The notes under the pieces were generated by a model that saw only the letters and a program-made list of their open reading frames with translations, was not told the DNA's origin and did no database searches. A stretch of 58,346 bases of DNA from Nitrospirota bacterium. GTDB taxonomy: Bacteria; Nitrospirota; Nitrospiria; SBBL01; SBBA01. Position numbers and translations under genes: made by a program. Location: positions 1 through 58,346 of the forward strand of contig JBBTNS010000018.1 in the NCBI GenBank assembly GCA_038067655.1, given 5' to 3'. Positions 27,518-37,289 of the stretch are shown in pieces (position 1 is the stretch's first letter; every line of letters begins with the position of its first letter).

Positions 27518-27999
27518 TGCGTATCGGAATCGGTTATGACATTCACCGTCTAGAGGCGGGACTCCCCTGCCGGTTAGGCGGCGTGACGATTGAGCACGAG
27601 AAAGGGATGGTTGGCTATTCCGACGGCGATCCGTTATTGCACGCCCTATGCGATGCCTTACTCGGAGCAGCGGGTTTGGGCGATATCGGAATTTATTTCC
27701 CTTCAGGCGATCCCAAGTGGAAGGGAATCAACTCGTTGGTACTCTTGAGCGAAGTGTCTCAAATGTTACTATCCAAAAAATGTCATATCGTTAATATAGA
27801 CAGCGTGATTATTGCGGAAAGGCCGAGGGTTTCACCGCATGTCAATGAAATGAAAGAAAATATAAGTCGGTGTTTGAATATTGAATCATCGTGTGTCAAT
27901 ATCAAGGCAACAACTAACGAAGGGATCGGCTTTATCGGGAGAGAAGAAGGAATTGCCGCTCAAGCCGTTTGCATCATTGAGGTGCTGCGCACGGCGTAA
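27514..27999 (+). CDS. ispF: 2-C-methyl-D-erythritol 2,4-cyclodiphosphate synthase
   Basis: [38 protein letters not shown]. The last codons (LRTA-stop) lie in a dispersed repeat. Confidence 0.9.
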   Translation: MMRIGIGYDIHRLEAGLPCRLGGVTIEHEKGMVGYSDGDPLLHALCDALLGAAGLGDIGIYFPSGDPKWKGINSLVLLSEVSQMLLSKKCHIVNIDSVIIAERPRVSPHVNEMKENISRCLNIESSCVNIKATTNEGIGFIGREEGIAAQAVCIIEVLRTA

Positions 28000-28018
28000 T
28001 GCTTCGCACGAACGACAG

Positions 28019-28657
28019 ATGCCTAATATAATTAAACTGATCTATGAAGATATTCGGGCTTGCTTTGAGCGAGACCCGGCCGCGCGCAATATTGTTGAAG
28101 TGCTATTGACCTATTCGGGGTTGCACGCGATACTCATCTATCGTGTTTCACATCTTTTGTGGAAGATACGTATTCCCGTCCTCCCCCGGGTTCTTTCTCA
28201 TATTGGTCGTTTTTTGACCGGGATTGAGATTCATCCTGGTGCGACCATTGGACGCTCGTTTTTTATAGATCACGGCATGGGCGTGGTTATTGGAGAGACG
28301 ACCGAGGTTGGCGATCATGTCACCCTTTATCAGAGCGTTACATTGGGTGGAACCGGAAAGGAGACCGGGAAAAGGCATCCTACGATTGGGAATCATGTGG
28401 TGATTGGTGCCGGGGCAAAGGTGCTAGGGGCGCATCATATTGGCGATTATGTTCGGATTGGTGCCAACGCAGTGGTCTTGCGATCTGTGCCAGAACATGC
28501 TACCGTAGTCGGGATTCCGGGTAAGATTTTGAAACGGCCATTGGAAGAGGAGGTGTTGGACCACACCAAGTTGCCCGATCCGACTTCGGAACGTCTAGAA
28601 CAGATGGAAAGAGAATTGGCAGAGCTTAAAAAAGAGTTGTTGGAGCTAAAAAAATGA
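28019..28657 (+). CDS. cysE: Serine O-acetyltransferase
   Basis: [26 protein letters not shown] followed by hexapeptide repeats. Start set at MPNIIKL (28019) rather than the ORF start at 27881, which overlaps ispF. Confidence 0.85.
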   Translation: MPNIIKLIYEDIRACFERDPAARNIVEVLLTYSGLHAILIYRVSHLLWKIRIPVLPRVLSHIGRFLTGIEIHPGATIGRSFFIDHGMGVVIGETTEVGDHVTLYQSVTLGGTGKETGKRHPTIGNHVVIGAGAKVLGAHHIGDYVRIGANAVVLRSVPEHATVVGIPGKILKRPLEEEVLDHTKLPDPTSERLEQMERELAELKKELLELKK

Positions 28658-29025
28658 AGGGAAGCGTTCTTATTGTTGATGATACCGAGTTTTACAGAAA
28701 AGTCTATATGACCAAACTGCTTTCTGCAGGCTATCTCACTCGCGTTGCCACCAATGGGTTAGAAGCACTCAAGTCGATGATGACACAAAAACCGGATTTA
28801 ATTCTTCTTGATCTGGTGATGCCCGAGATGGACGGCTTTAAGGTGCTTCAAGCCGTGCGTGCCTCTCCGGCATTGAATAAAATTCCGGTGATTGTCTTCT
28901 CGTCCAAAGGCGCGCCGGAGGAGATTCAAAAAGCGCTTCAGTCGGGAGCAAACGATTTTTTAATCAAGGCGACAACCACTCCTAATAAGGTGATTGAAAA
29001 GATCGAATCGTATATTAAGAAGTAG
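28654..29025 (+). CDS. Stand-alone CheY-like response-regulator receiver protein
   Basis: [22 protein letters not shown], and the IK of GANDFLIKA. Its start overlaps the cysE stop (ATGA). Confidence 0.85.
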   Translation: MKGSVLIVDDTEFYRKVYMTKLLSAGYLTRVATNGLEALKSMMTQKPDLILLDLVMPEMDGFKVLQAVRASPALNKIPVIVFSSKGAPEEIQKALQSGANDFLIKATTTPNKVIEKIESYIKK

Positions 29026-29109
29026 GGCTTGTTGTGCCGTCCAAAGAGGGCAATCCCGCGTTGTTACCCTTTCCTCACTGTAGAGATGCCCTAGATAAGG
29101 ACAAGATCA

Positions 29110-29676
29110 ATGAAGACCGCTGTTTTATCCCGCCCTCCCGCCGGTGAGATTATCCTCACGTATGACGATTATGCCGCAATTCCGAATGACGGGAAACGAT
29201 ACGAGATTATCGAAGGAGATATTCTTATGAGTCCCGCGCCAAGACCTAAACATCAAAAAGCAATTGGCAATCTTTACTGGGTTATACGAACTTATCTTGA
29301 AGAGCACCCGATTGGGGAGATATACCTTTCTCCGATTGATGTCATTCTCTCTTACACCAACGTGGTGCAGCCCGACTTGCTTTTTCTTTCTGAAAAGAAA
29401 CGCCATCTTGTCGGTGAACGCGGCATTGAAGGCCCGCCCGATCTGATTGTGGAGGTACTCTCTCCCACAACGGAGAAGACCGATCGAATCACGAAGTCCA
29501 ACCTTTACGCAAAGTTCGGCGTCTCACATTACTGGTTGATTGACCCTGAGACAAAACAATTGGAGATGTTTCGTCTCTTCCGAGGCCATTTTCGTTCGTT
29601 ACCCCCTCCAAAAGGCAAGGTGACCTCCGACCTCTTTGACGGCATCTCCTTTAATCTTGCCGACCTTTTTCGCTAA
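29110..29676 (+). CDS. Uma2-family (DUF820) putative endonuclease
   Basis: RYEIIEGDILMSPAPRPKHQ, DLIVEVLSPTT and YWLIDPE are typical of the Uma2 family. Confidence 0.8.
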   Translation: MKTAVLSRPPAGEIILTYDDYAAIPNDGKRYEIIEGDILMSPAPRPKHQKAIGNLYWVIRTYLEEHPIGEIYLSPIDVILSYTNVVQPDLLFLSEKKRHLVGERGIEGPPDLIVEVLSPTTEKTDRITKSNLYAKFGVSHYWLIDPETKQLEMFRLFRGHFRSLPPPKGKVTSDLFDGISFNLADLFR

Positions 29677-29756
29677 TTCGCCAGATGGGCACCTCTAAAA
29701 ACCGTCGTGAGCGGCACAGGGCGTCAGACCCCATAAATGCAGGAAGGGGAGTCACG

Positions 29757-30133
29757 TGAGCCAAAACCCGATCGCCTTCATGAGCTATGTTCACTTGGAT
29801 GACGAACACGAGAATGGGCGTTTGACACAGCTTCGTGAACGCCTAAGCGGCAGGCTCAATCCACCAAATAGGAGCCCATTTTTTGTCTAGACATTGGGGA
29901 GTCCCTTACCCGGAACCCGAATTTTGGTTCGGCCCGGTTTGTACAAGGAAGGGGTTGTGATTGACAAACCCGTCGAGATTGTCGGCGACGGCGAGTGCGG
30001 TGACATCGTAATCAAAGCGACTGGTAAGGTATTTGGATCGGAGAAGACGGAGGCGGTGTCTTTCAAGAGAATGACCTTCGCGGAAATTCCCGAGGCGCGT
30101 GGGATATTGATCCTGGCTCTGAAGCAAGAGTGA
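29757..30133 (+). pseudogene. Remnant of a TIR-domain / right-handed beta-helix protein
   Basis: VSQNPIAFMSYVHLDDEHENGRLTQLRERLSG (TIR-type N-terminus) runs into a stop. After a gap it reads PGTRILVRPGLYKEGVVIDKPVEIVGDG (beta-helix N-cap type). No intact ORF remains. Confidence 0.4.
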
Positions 30134-30237
30134 AGCGGGCGGGTAACCTCGAATAGGGCCGGAAGGTTTAGAGGGTTGGGAAAGGCTGGCACAACAGATG
30201 CAAAACGAGGGGTAGTGGATCATTTTTAAAAATAATC

Positions 30238-30308
30238 CGCCATTCCGGCGTGCTTCTAGCCGGAATCCACAAATCAAAATCTGGATACCGGCCTCCGCCG
30301 GTATGACA
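30238..30308. repeat. REP-like palindromic element, copy B (two hairpins: ATTCCGGC-N9-GCCGGAAT and ATACCGGC-N4-GCCGGTAT)
   Basis: Hairpin arms at 30242-30266 and 30285-30304. Aligns along its whole length with the reverse complement of 31474-31552. Confidence 0.7.
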
Positions 30309-30385
30309 AATGTAAAAGTACCCACTACCAAAGCGAGACGGGGGAACAAAGCAGTGAAGAGGCGGAGCCTTCAGGTGGTTAACCC

Positions 30386-31435
30386 GTGAGCACATTCTCC
30401 ACACGACTTCTTCACTGGTACCGCAAGAACGGCCGCGACCTCCCGTGGCGAAAAACGACCGACCCGTATACGATATGGGTTTCTGAAATACTCCTACAAC
30501 AAACACAAGTCACAACGGTCATTCCGTATTACCACCGATTTCTTGACCGATTTCCAACCGTTCATGCACTTGCCTTGGCTTCAATAGATGATGTCTTAAA
30601 ATGTTGGCAGGGACTGGGTTATTATGCCCGCGCGCGTCATCTTTCTTTAGCTGCAAAAAAAGTGGTTTGCGAACATAACGGGAAAGTTCCCTCATCTTTT
30701 GATGATCTTGTTTCTCTCCCCGGTATTGGGCGTTCAACGGCTGGCGCCATCCTCAATATTGCCTTTGGACAACGTCACCCGATTTTAGACGGCAACGTCA
30801 AACGGGTATTGTCCCGCTATTTTTGTATTTTAGGCGATCTCAAAGAAAAAAATAATCTTGCGACGCTTTGGCAGCATGCAGAGGCAATTCTCCCCCCAAA
30901 AAATGCCGACTTATTTACACAGGCGATTATGGATTTGGGCGCAACAATCTGCGTTCCAAAATCCCCAAACTGTACCGCCTGTCCTGTTTCTCGCGGGTGT
31001 CTGGCCTATCAAAAGGGGCTTGCCCATAAACTTCCAGAGAAAACGGCTAAAAAGAAAGTACCGCACTACGATTTTATTGCGGCCATTATTTACAGCGGCA
31101 AGAAGGTTCTGATTAAGAAGCGGCCAGAAAAAGGTTTATTGGGCGGATTATGGGAGTTTCCGGGAGGAAAGTTTATTGGGGATGGTGAGATCAATGCGTT
31201 GGTTGAAAAAGAGATTGGGCAGTGTGTTTCTTTATCCCCATTAGACGTTAAAATTCAACACGCATTTACCCACTTTAAGATGACACTGCATCTTTTTTCT
31301 GGTGCGGTCAAAAAAAGAACCGTGTCTGATCCCGCGCTCAAATGGGTTTCGATCTTGGAACTGAGCGATTACGCTTTTTCTGCCGCCCATCAGGCAATTG
31401 TTGTGAGATTGCAAGACGGGGCGGAATATCTATGA
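30386..31435 (+). CDS. mutY: A/G-specific adenine DNA glycosylase
   Basis: LLHWYRKNGRDLPWR..DPYTIWVSEILLQQTQV, an Fe-S cluster Cys motif (CVPKSPNCTACPVSRGC), and a NUDIX-like C-terminal domain. GTG start. Confidence 0.9.
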   Translation: MSTFSTRLLHWYRKNGRDLPWRKTTDPYTIWVSEILLQQTQVTTVIPYYHRFLDRFPTVHALALASIDDVLKCWQGLGYYARARHLSLAAKKVVCEHNGKVPSSFDDLVSLPGIGRSTAGAILNIAFGQRHPILDGNVKRVLSRYFCILGDLKEKNNLATLWQHAEAILPPKNADLFTQAIMDLGATICVPKSPNCTACPVSRGCLAYQKGLAHKLPEKTAKKKVPHYDFIAAIIYSGKKVLIKKRPEKGLLGGLWEFPGGKFIGDGEINALVEKEIGQCVSLSPLDVKIQHAFTHFKMTLHLFSGAVKKRTVSDPALKWVSILELSDYAFSAAHQAIVVRLQDGAEYL

Positions 31436-31473
31436 GGAGATGGCTCAATGGTCGTGGTCGGTCATTTTACATT

Positions 31474-31552
31474 CGTCATACCGGCGAAGGCCGGTATCCA
31501 GAATTTTCAGAAAGGCTGGATTCCGGACAGAGGCATTCCGGAATGACATCTT
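31474..31552. repeat. REP-like palindromic element, copy C (inverted relative to copy B)
   Basis: ATACCGGC-GAAG-GCCGGTAT at 31478-31497 and ATTCCGG...ATTCCGGAAT at 31520-31544. Lies between convergent mutY and atpC, about 10 nt from the atpC stop. Confidence 0.7.
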
Positions 31553-31562
31553 ATTTTTTAAA

Positions 31563-31823
31563 CTAACCCACTCCCTCAATGGTCGTGGTGAGCAGCGTGG
31601 CCTGATTTTGCAAAATATCAAAAAAGCCGGGGCCAATTTTGTAAGATTTCTCCCCTTCAGATGTCGTCATTCTGAATAACCCGGCATCAAGCGTCGCAAT
31701 CAATGGCGCATGATTCATCAGCACCCCAAAAGAGCCTGAAGCCCCAGGCGCGACAAGGGATTCCACTTCACCCTGAAAAAAAACCTCAACAGGCGTAACA
31801 ATTGTCAGGTTAAAAGATGCCAT
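31563..31823 (-). CDS. atpC: F1 ATP synthase epsilon subunit, short form (beta-sandwich domain only)
   Basis: 86 aa beginning NLTIVTPVEVFFQGEVESLVAPGASGSFGVLMNHAPL. Directly downstream of atpD. The C-terminal helical hairpin is absent. Confidence 0.8.
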   Translation of the reverse strand: MASFNLTIVTPVEVFFQGEVESLVAPGASGSFGVLMNHAPLIATLDAGLFRMTTSEGEKSYKIGPGFFDILQNQATLLTTTIEGVG

Positions 31824-31829
31824 TTTGGG

Positions 31830-33245
<1,416 letters not shown>

Positions 33246-33356
33246 TTAATTTTCACTGACGCTAATCCGAGCAAGTCTATTTATTTCTTCCTGTCGTGCA
33301 TCTTTACGCTACAGCGACCAACGGGAGCTGTCCATCCCGTAGGCGGACGGACCGCC

Positions 33357-34220
33357 CTAGCCTCTGAGGGCCTCACCGGCTGTAACAATTTCTAATAGTT
33401 CTTTTGTGATTGCCGCTTGCCGCGCCTTATTCCGAAGCAGTGTTAGATTTTTGATCATCTCTTTCGCGTTGTCGGTTGCATTTTTCATGGCAATCATTCG
33501 AGCGGAATTCTCTGCTGTAAACGCCTCCATTAAAGAGACGTAAATTTTAGAGGCAACATAAGTGGATAATATCCGTGCGAGAATCTCAGCGCCTGTTGGC
33601 TCTAAAAAAGTTTTGCTGTTAGCACACACCTCTCCTGATGGAGGAGAAAGCGGGAGGAGAGTTTGTGAGGCCGGTTTAATCGAAAGGGCCGACTTATAAG
33701 CAGTATAGACCAGATGAATGGCATCAAACCGCTTAGATAGATACGCACCTGTTAGTTGATCGGTAATTTGTGAAATCTTTGCAAAATCGGTTTTCCCTGC
33801 CAAGTCAAGATAGCTCTGAAAAATAGGAACATCTCTCTTTTTGAAATAGTCGTATCCTTTTTTACCGATTAAAATCAGTTCCGCCTTGCTATCTTTCTGT
33901 TTTTCTAGAAATGATTCTGCAAAATGAATAATATTAGCATTGTATGCCCCGCATAAACCCCGATCGGATGTGACGACCACCAACGCAACTGATTGAACCG
34001 TCCGCTGTTCAAAAAACGGATGATGAATTTCCATCCCGGAGTTTTTTAGGTGGGATAAAATTTCCCGTGTTTTTTCAAAATAAGGCTTGGACTGCTGGAA
34101 TTTTTCCAGCGATTTTTTGAGACGAGAGGCGGAAACCATTTGCATGGTCTTGGTAATCTGCTGTGTCTTTTGGGCAGCCCGAATCCGCCCCAACAGACTT
34201 CTGTAATTTAATACAGCCAT
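33357..34220 (-). CDS. atpG: F1 ATP synthase gamma subunit
   Basis: N-terminus RIRAAQKTQQITKTMQMVSASRLKK and C-terminus ITKELLEIVTGAEAL-like. Confidence 0.9.
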   Translation of the reverse strand: MAVLNYRSLLGRIRAAQKTQQITKTMQMVSASRLKKSLEKFQQSKPYFEKTREILSHLKNSGMEIHHPFFEQRTVQSVALVVVTSDRGLCGAYNANIIHFAESFLEKQKDSKAELILIGKKGYDYFKKRDVPIFQSYLDLAGKTDFAKISQITDQLTGAYLSKRFDAIHLVYTAYKSALSIKPASQTLLPLSPPSGEVCANSKTFLEPTGAEILARILSTYVASKIYVSLMEAFTAENSARMIAMKNATDNAKEMIKNLTLLRNKARQAAITKELLEIVTAGEALRG

Positions 34221-34285
34221 AAATGTGCCTCAAACCATCTACCCCCGCAGCCGGCGTTCCGGTCTCCTTAACTAAGGAGGGGAGG

Positions 34286-35803
34286 TTATGCGAAGGATCC
34301 TGCGGTTTCTTGTTTAAATGCCTTCACCGCATCGTCTAGTTTCTTAATCGCCTCGTCGGATAAAACCTTGTCTTGGTCAATAGAGACCGCAATTTCTTTA
34401 TAATGCGTCGCAACTTTTTCCAAGAAGGCCACTTGGAACTTTTTTACCTTATCGGTTGGAACGTCGTCCAAAAAACCCGCTGTCCCGATATAAAGGGCAA
34501 TCACCTGGGCCGAAAGGGACTGGGGTTTATACTGATTTTGCTTTAAGAGCTGAACCATCTTCGCACCACGATTTAACTGTGCCAATGTCGTCTTATCCAA
34601 ATCAGAGCCAAACTGGGCAAACGCGGCCAATTCCCGATATTGTGCGAGATCAAGCCGTAACTTTCCTGCTACCTTTTTCATTGCTTTGGTCTGCGCGTTG
34701 CCGCCCACACGAGAGACCGAAAGGCCGACATTAATTGCTGGACGAACTCCGGAGAAAAACAGCCCCGTCTCCAAATAAATCTGTCCGTCCGTGATGGAGA
34801 TGACGTTCGTTGGAACATAGGCCGATACATCCCCTCCCTGGGTTTCAATAATAGGAAGTGCGGTCATGGAGCCCCCTTTTAATTCGTCGGAGAGTCTCGC
34901 GCTGCGCTCCAAAAGACGAGAATGCAAGAAAAAGACATCCCCCGGATACGCCTCACGGCCCGGAGGCCGCCTTAATAGAAGTGAGAGTTGGCGATAGGCT
35001 TGCGCATGTTTGGAGAGATCATCGTAGATAATGAGGGCATCTCGGCCGGAGTACATAAAATGTTCAGCAATGGCACATCCGGTATAAGGGGCAATATATT
35101 GCATTGAAGCTGCTTCAGAAGCGGATGCCGCGACCACAATGCTGTATTCCATCGCGCCATTTTTCTCCAACGTGGCCACTAGTGCCGCGACATTGGAGGC
35201 CTTTTGTCCCACCGCCACATAGACACAAAAAAGATTTTTCCCCTTTTGATTGATAATCGTATCGAGCGCAATCGCGGTCTTTCCAGTTTGGCGGTCTCCG
35301 ATAATCAACTCACGCTGTCCGCGCCCAATTGGAATCATTGCATCAATGGCCACAATTCCGGTTTGTACGGGAACTTTGACCGGCTGCCGTTCAATCACCC
35401 CCGGAACAGTACCCTCTAGCGGCCGGGATGCCTCGGTTAGGATCGGCCCCTTGCCATCAATCGGACGGCCTAACGCATCCACCACGCGGCCCAGCATCGC
35501 ATCTCCGACGGGGACTTGTGCAATCTTTCCAGTTCGTTTAACAAGGTCACCTTCTTTAATTTTGTGGATTTCGCCAAAGAGAATTGCCCCAACATTATCT
35601 TCTTCCAGATTTAAGATAATGCCCGTCACACCTTCTGGAAAGGTAACCATCTCTCCGGCCATCGCATCGGTCAGCCCGTAGATACGGGCGATGCCGTCTC
35701 CCACCTGTAAAACGGTTCCGATACTTTCGACATGGAGCGATTGCTCATACGCCCCCATTTCTGCTTTTAGAATGGATGTGACTTCTTCTGGTTTTAGCGC
35801 CAT
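34286..35803 (-). CDS. atpA: F1 ATP synthase alpha subunit
   Basis: GDRQTGKT Walker A. Typical alpha-subunit sequence throughout. Confidence 0.95.
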   Translation of the reverse strand: MALKPEEVTSILKAEMGAYEQSLHVESIGTVLQVGDGIARIYGLTDAMAGEMVTFPEGVTGIILNLEEDNVGAILFGEIHKIKEGDLVKRTGKIAQVPVGDAMLGRVVDALGRPIDGKGPILTEASRPLEGTVPGVIERQPVKVPVQTGIVAIDAMIPIGRGQRELIIGDRQTGKTAIALDTIINQKGKNLFCVYVAVGQKASNVAALVATLEKNGAMEYSIVVAASASEAASMQYIAPYTGCAIAEHFMYSGRDALIIYDDLSKHAQAYRQLSLLLRRPPGREAYPGDVFFLHSRLLERSARLSDELKGGSMTALPIIETQGGDVSAYVPTNVISITDGQIYLETGLFFSGVRPAINVGLSVSRVGGNAQTKAMKKVAGKLRLDLAQYRELAAFAQFGSDLDKTTLAQLNRGAKMVQLLKQNQYKPQSLSAQVIALYIGTAGFLDDVPTDKVKKFQVAFLEKVATHYKEIAVSIDQDKVLSDEAIKKLDDAVKAFKQETAGSFA

Positions 35804-36044
35804 GTGTATGACCTCACGATAATTGACGAAAGGGTATTTCTATAGAATAAGCGGCGAATTTTTGCATGAATAGTCTCTATAAGTCAAGAATTTATAATAA
35901 AATTGTGATACCAAAAACAAAATGGACGCTTCCGTTTTACGTCAATAATGAGCGGCCCTTCGCAACACGACCCCAATTGACCGCTCATTACTAAAGCCAT
36001 ATAATAAGGATAACAATATTGAGTCCAAGTGATTTTAGTCAATA

Positions 36045-37241
36045 ATGGGGACAAAAATAAAATTGAACAAAGCATGCACTCCACCACGGATCATGATGAT
36101 TGCGGGAGAGGCCTCCGGAGATCTTCATGGTGGAAACTTAGCCGAAGCCCTCCTACAAATGGATTCCTCGCTTCAGATCGTCGGCATCGGCGGATCAGAA
36201 ATGCGACGCGCCGGGGTGGATGTCCGATTTGATAGCGCACGACTGGGGATCGTCGGATTTTCAGAAGTCATCTCTAAATGGGGGACCATTTGGGAAGGAT
36301 ATCAAACGGCCAAGAAAATTTTACAAGAGGGCTGCGACTTGCTGGTCATTATTGACTTCCCGGACTTTAACTTGCGCGTTGCAAAATTTGCCAAAACACT
36401 CAATATCCCGGTGGTCTATTATATCGGACCGCAGCTTTGGGCCTGGCGGAAAGGCCGGATTAAAACCATTGCTAAACGAGTGGACAAAATGCTGGTTATC
36501 TTCCCTTTTGAAGAGTCGTTTTATCGCAATGCAAATGTTCCTTGTGAGTTTGTGGGACATCCGTTACTCGATGAGGCGGAACGGGTGCTAGAAGCACCCT
36601 TTTCAAAGGATCATTATTTGGGGGAGCTGGGATTAAGTCCGGCAATGGCCACGCTGGGCCTTTTGCCCGGAAGTCGAAAAACAGAAATCGAAAGATTGCT
36701 TCCCGTGATGTTAAAAACAGCAGAACAGCTATCGCAACAGGGAATGCCGTTGCAAATACTCATTCCAATCGCCTCTACGTTATCTCAAGCTTTTGTCGCT
36801 CATTTTACGCGAGAGTGCTCTCTTCCGATTCGATTCGTGATCGGGGAAATCTATTCCGTCTTGCGCGCATCCGATGCGGTGATTGCGGCATCGGGGACCG
36901 TTACGCTGCAGGCCGCCCTCACACAAACACCGATGGTCGTGATTTACAAAATGTCTTATATGACATACAGGCTGGCACGACTGCTCATTGATCTGCCTTC
37001 GGTGAGTCTTGTCAATATTGTTGCAGAAAAAGCAATTGTACCTGAACTGATTCAGGACGAGGCGACACCCGATAAGATCTGTCGCAAAATTAAAACGATT
37101 TTATCCGATCGTGTGCGATATGATAAGATGCGAGACGATTTAGGAGACGTTTCGGAAAAGTTGGGAATAGGAGGCGCTTCCCACAGGGCGGCAGTGGTTA
37201 TTTGCCAGATGCTTCATTCAGATAAGAGTGCCCAAAAATAG
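36045..37241 (+). CDS. lpxB: Lipid-A-disaccharide synthase
   Basis: IMMIAGEASGDLHGGNLAEAL. Sits in a lipid A gene cluster. Confidence 0.85.
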   Translation: MGTKIKLNKACTPPRIMMIAGEASGDLHGGNLAEALLQMDSSLQIVGIGGSEMRRAGVDVRFDSARLGIVGFSEVISKWGTIWEGYQTAKKILQEGCDLLVIIDFPDFNLRVAKFAKTLNIPVVYYIGPQLWAWRKGRIKTIAKRVDKMLVIFPFEESFYRNANVPCEFVGHPLLDEAERVLEAPFSKDHYLGELGLSPAMATLGLLPGSRKTEIERLLPVMLKTAEQLSQQGMPLQILIPIASTLSQAFVAHFTRECSLPIRFVIGEIYSVLRASDAVIAASGTVTLQAALTQTPMVVIYKMSYMTYRLARLLIDLPSVSLVNIVAEKAIVPELIQDEATPDKICRKIKTILSDRVRYDKMRDDLGDVSEKLGIGGASHRAAVVICQMLHSDKSAQK

Positions 37242-37289
37242 AATGAACTTTGTAGTTTGCGCAAAGCGTTACGCCGTCCGAAGGACAAA

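Noticed and set aside
29906-31679. ORFs 29906..30349(-), 30168..30506(-), 31342..31566(+), 31440..31679(+) and 31445..31636(-).
   Set aside because: They are built from REP-element translations (FVIPAEAGIQ, IRHTGEGRYPEF) or overlap mutY and atpC out of frame. None has a domain signature.
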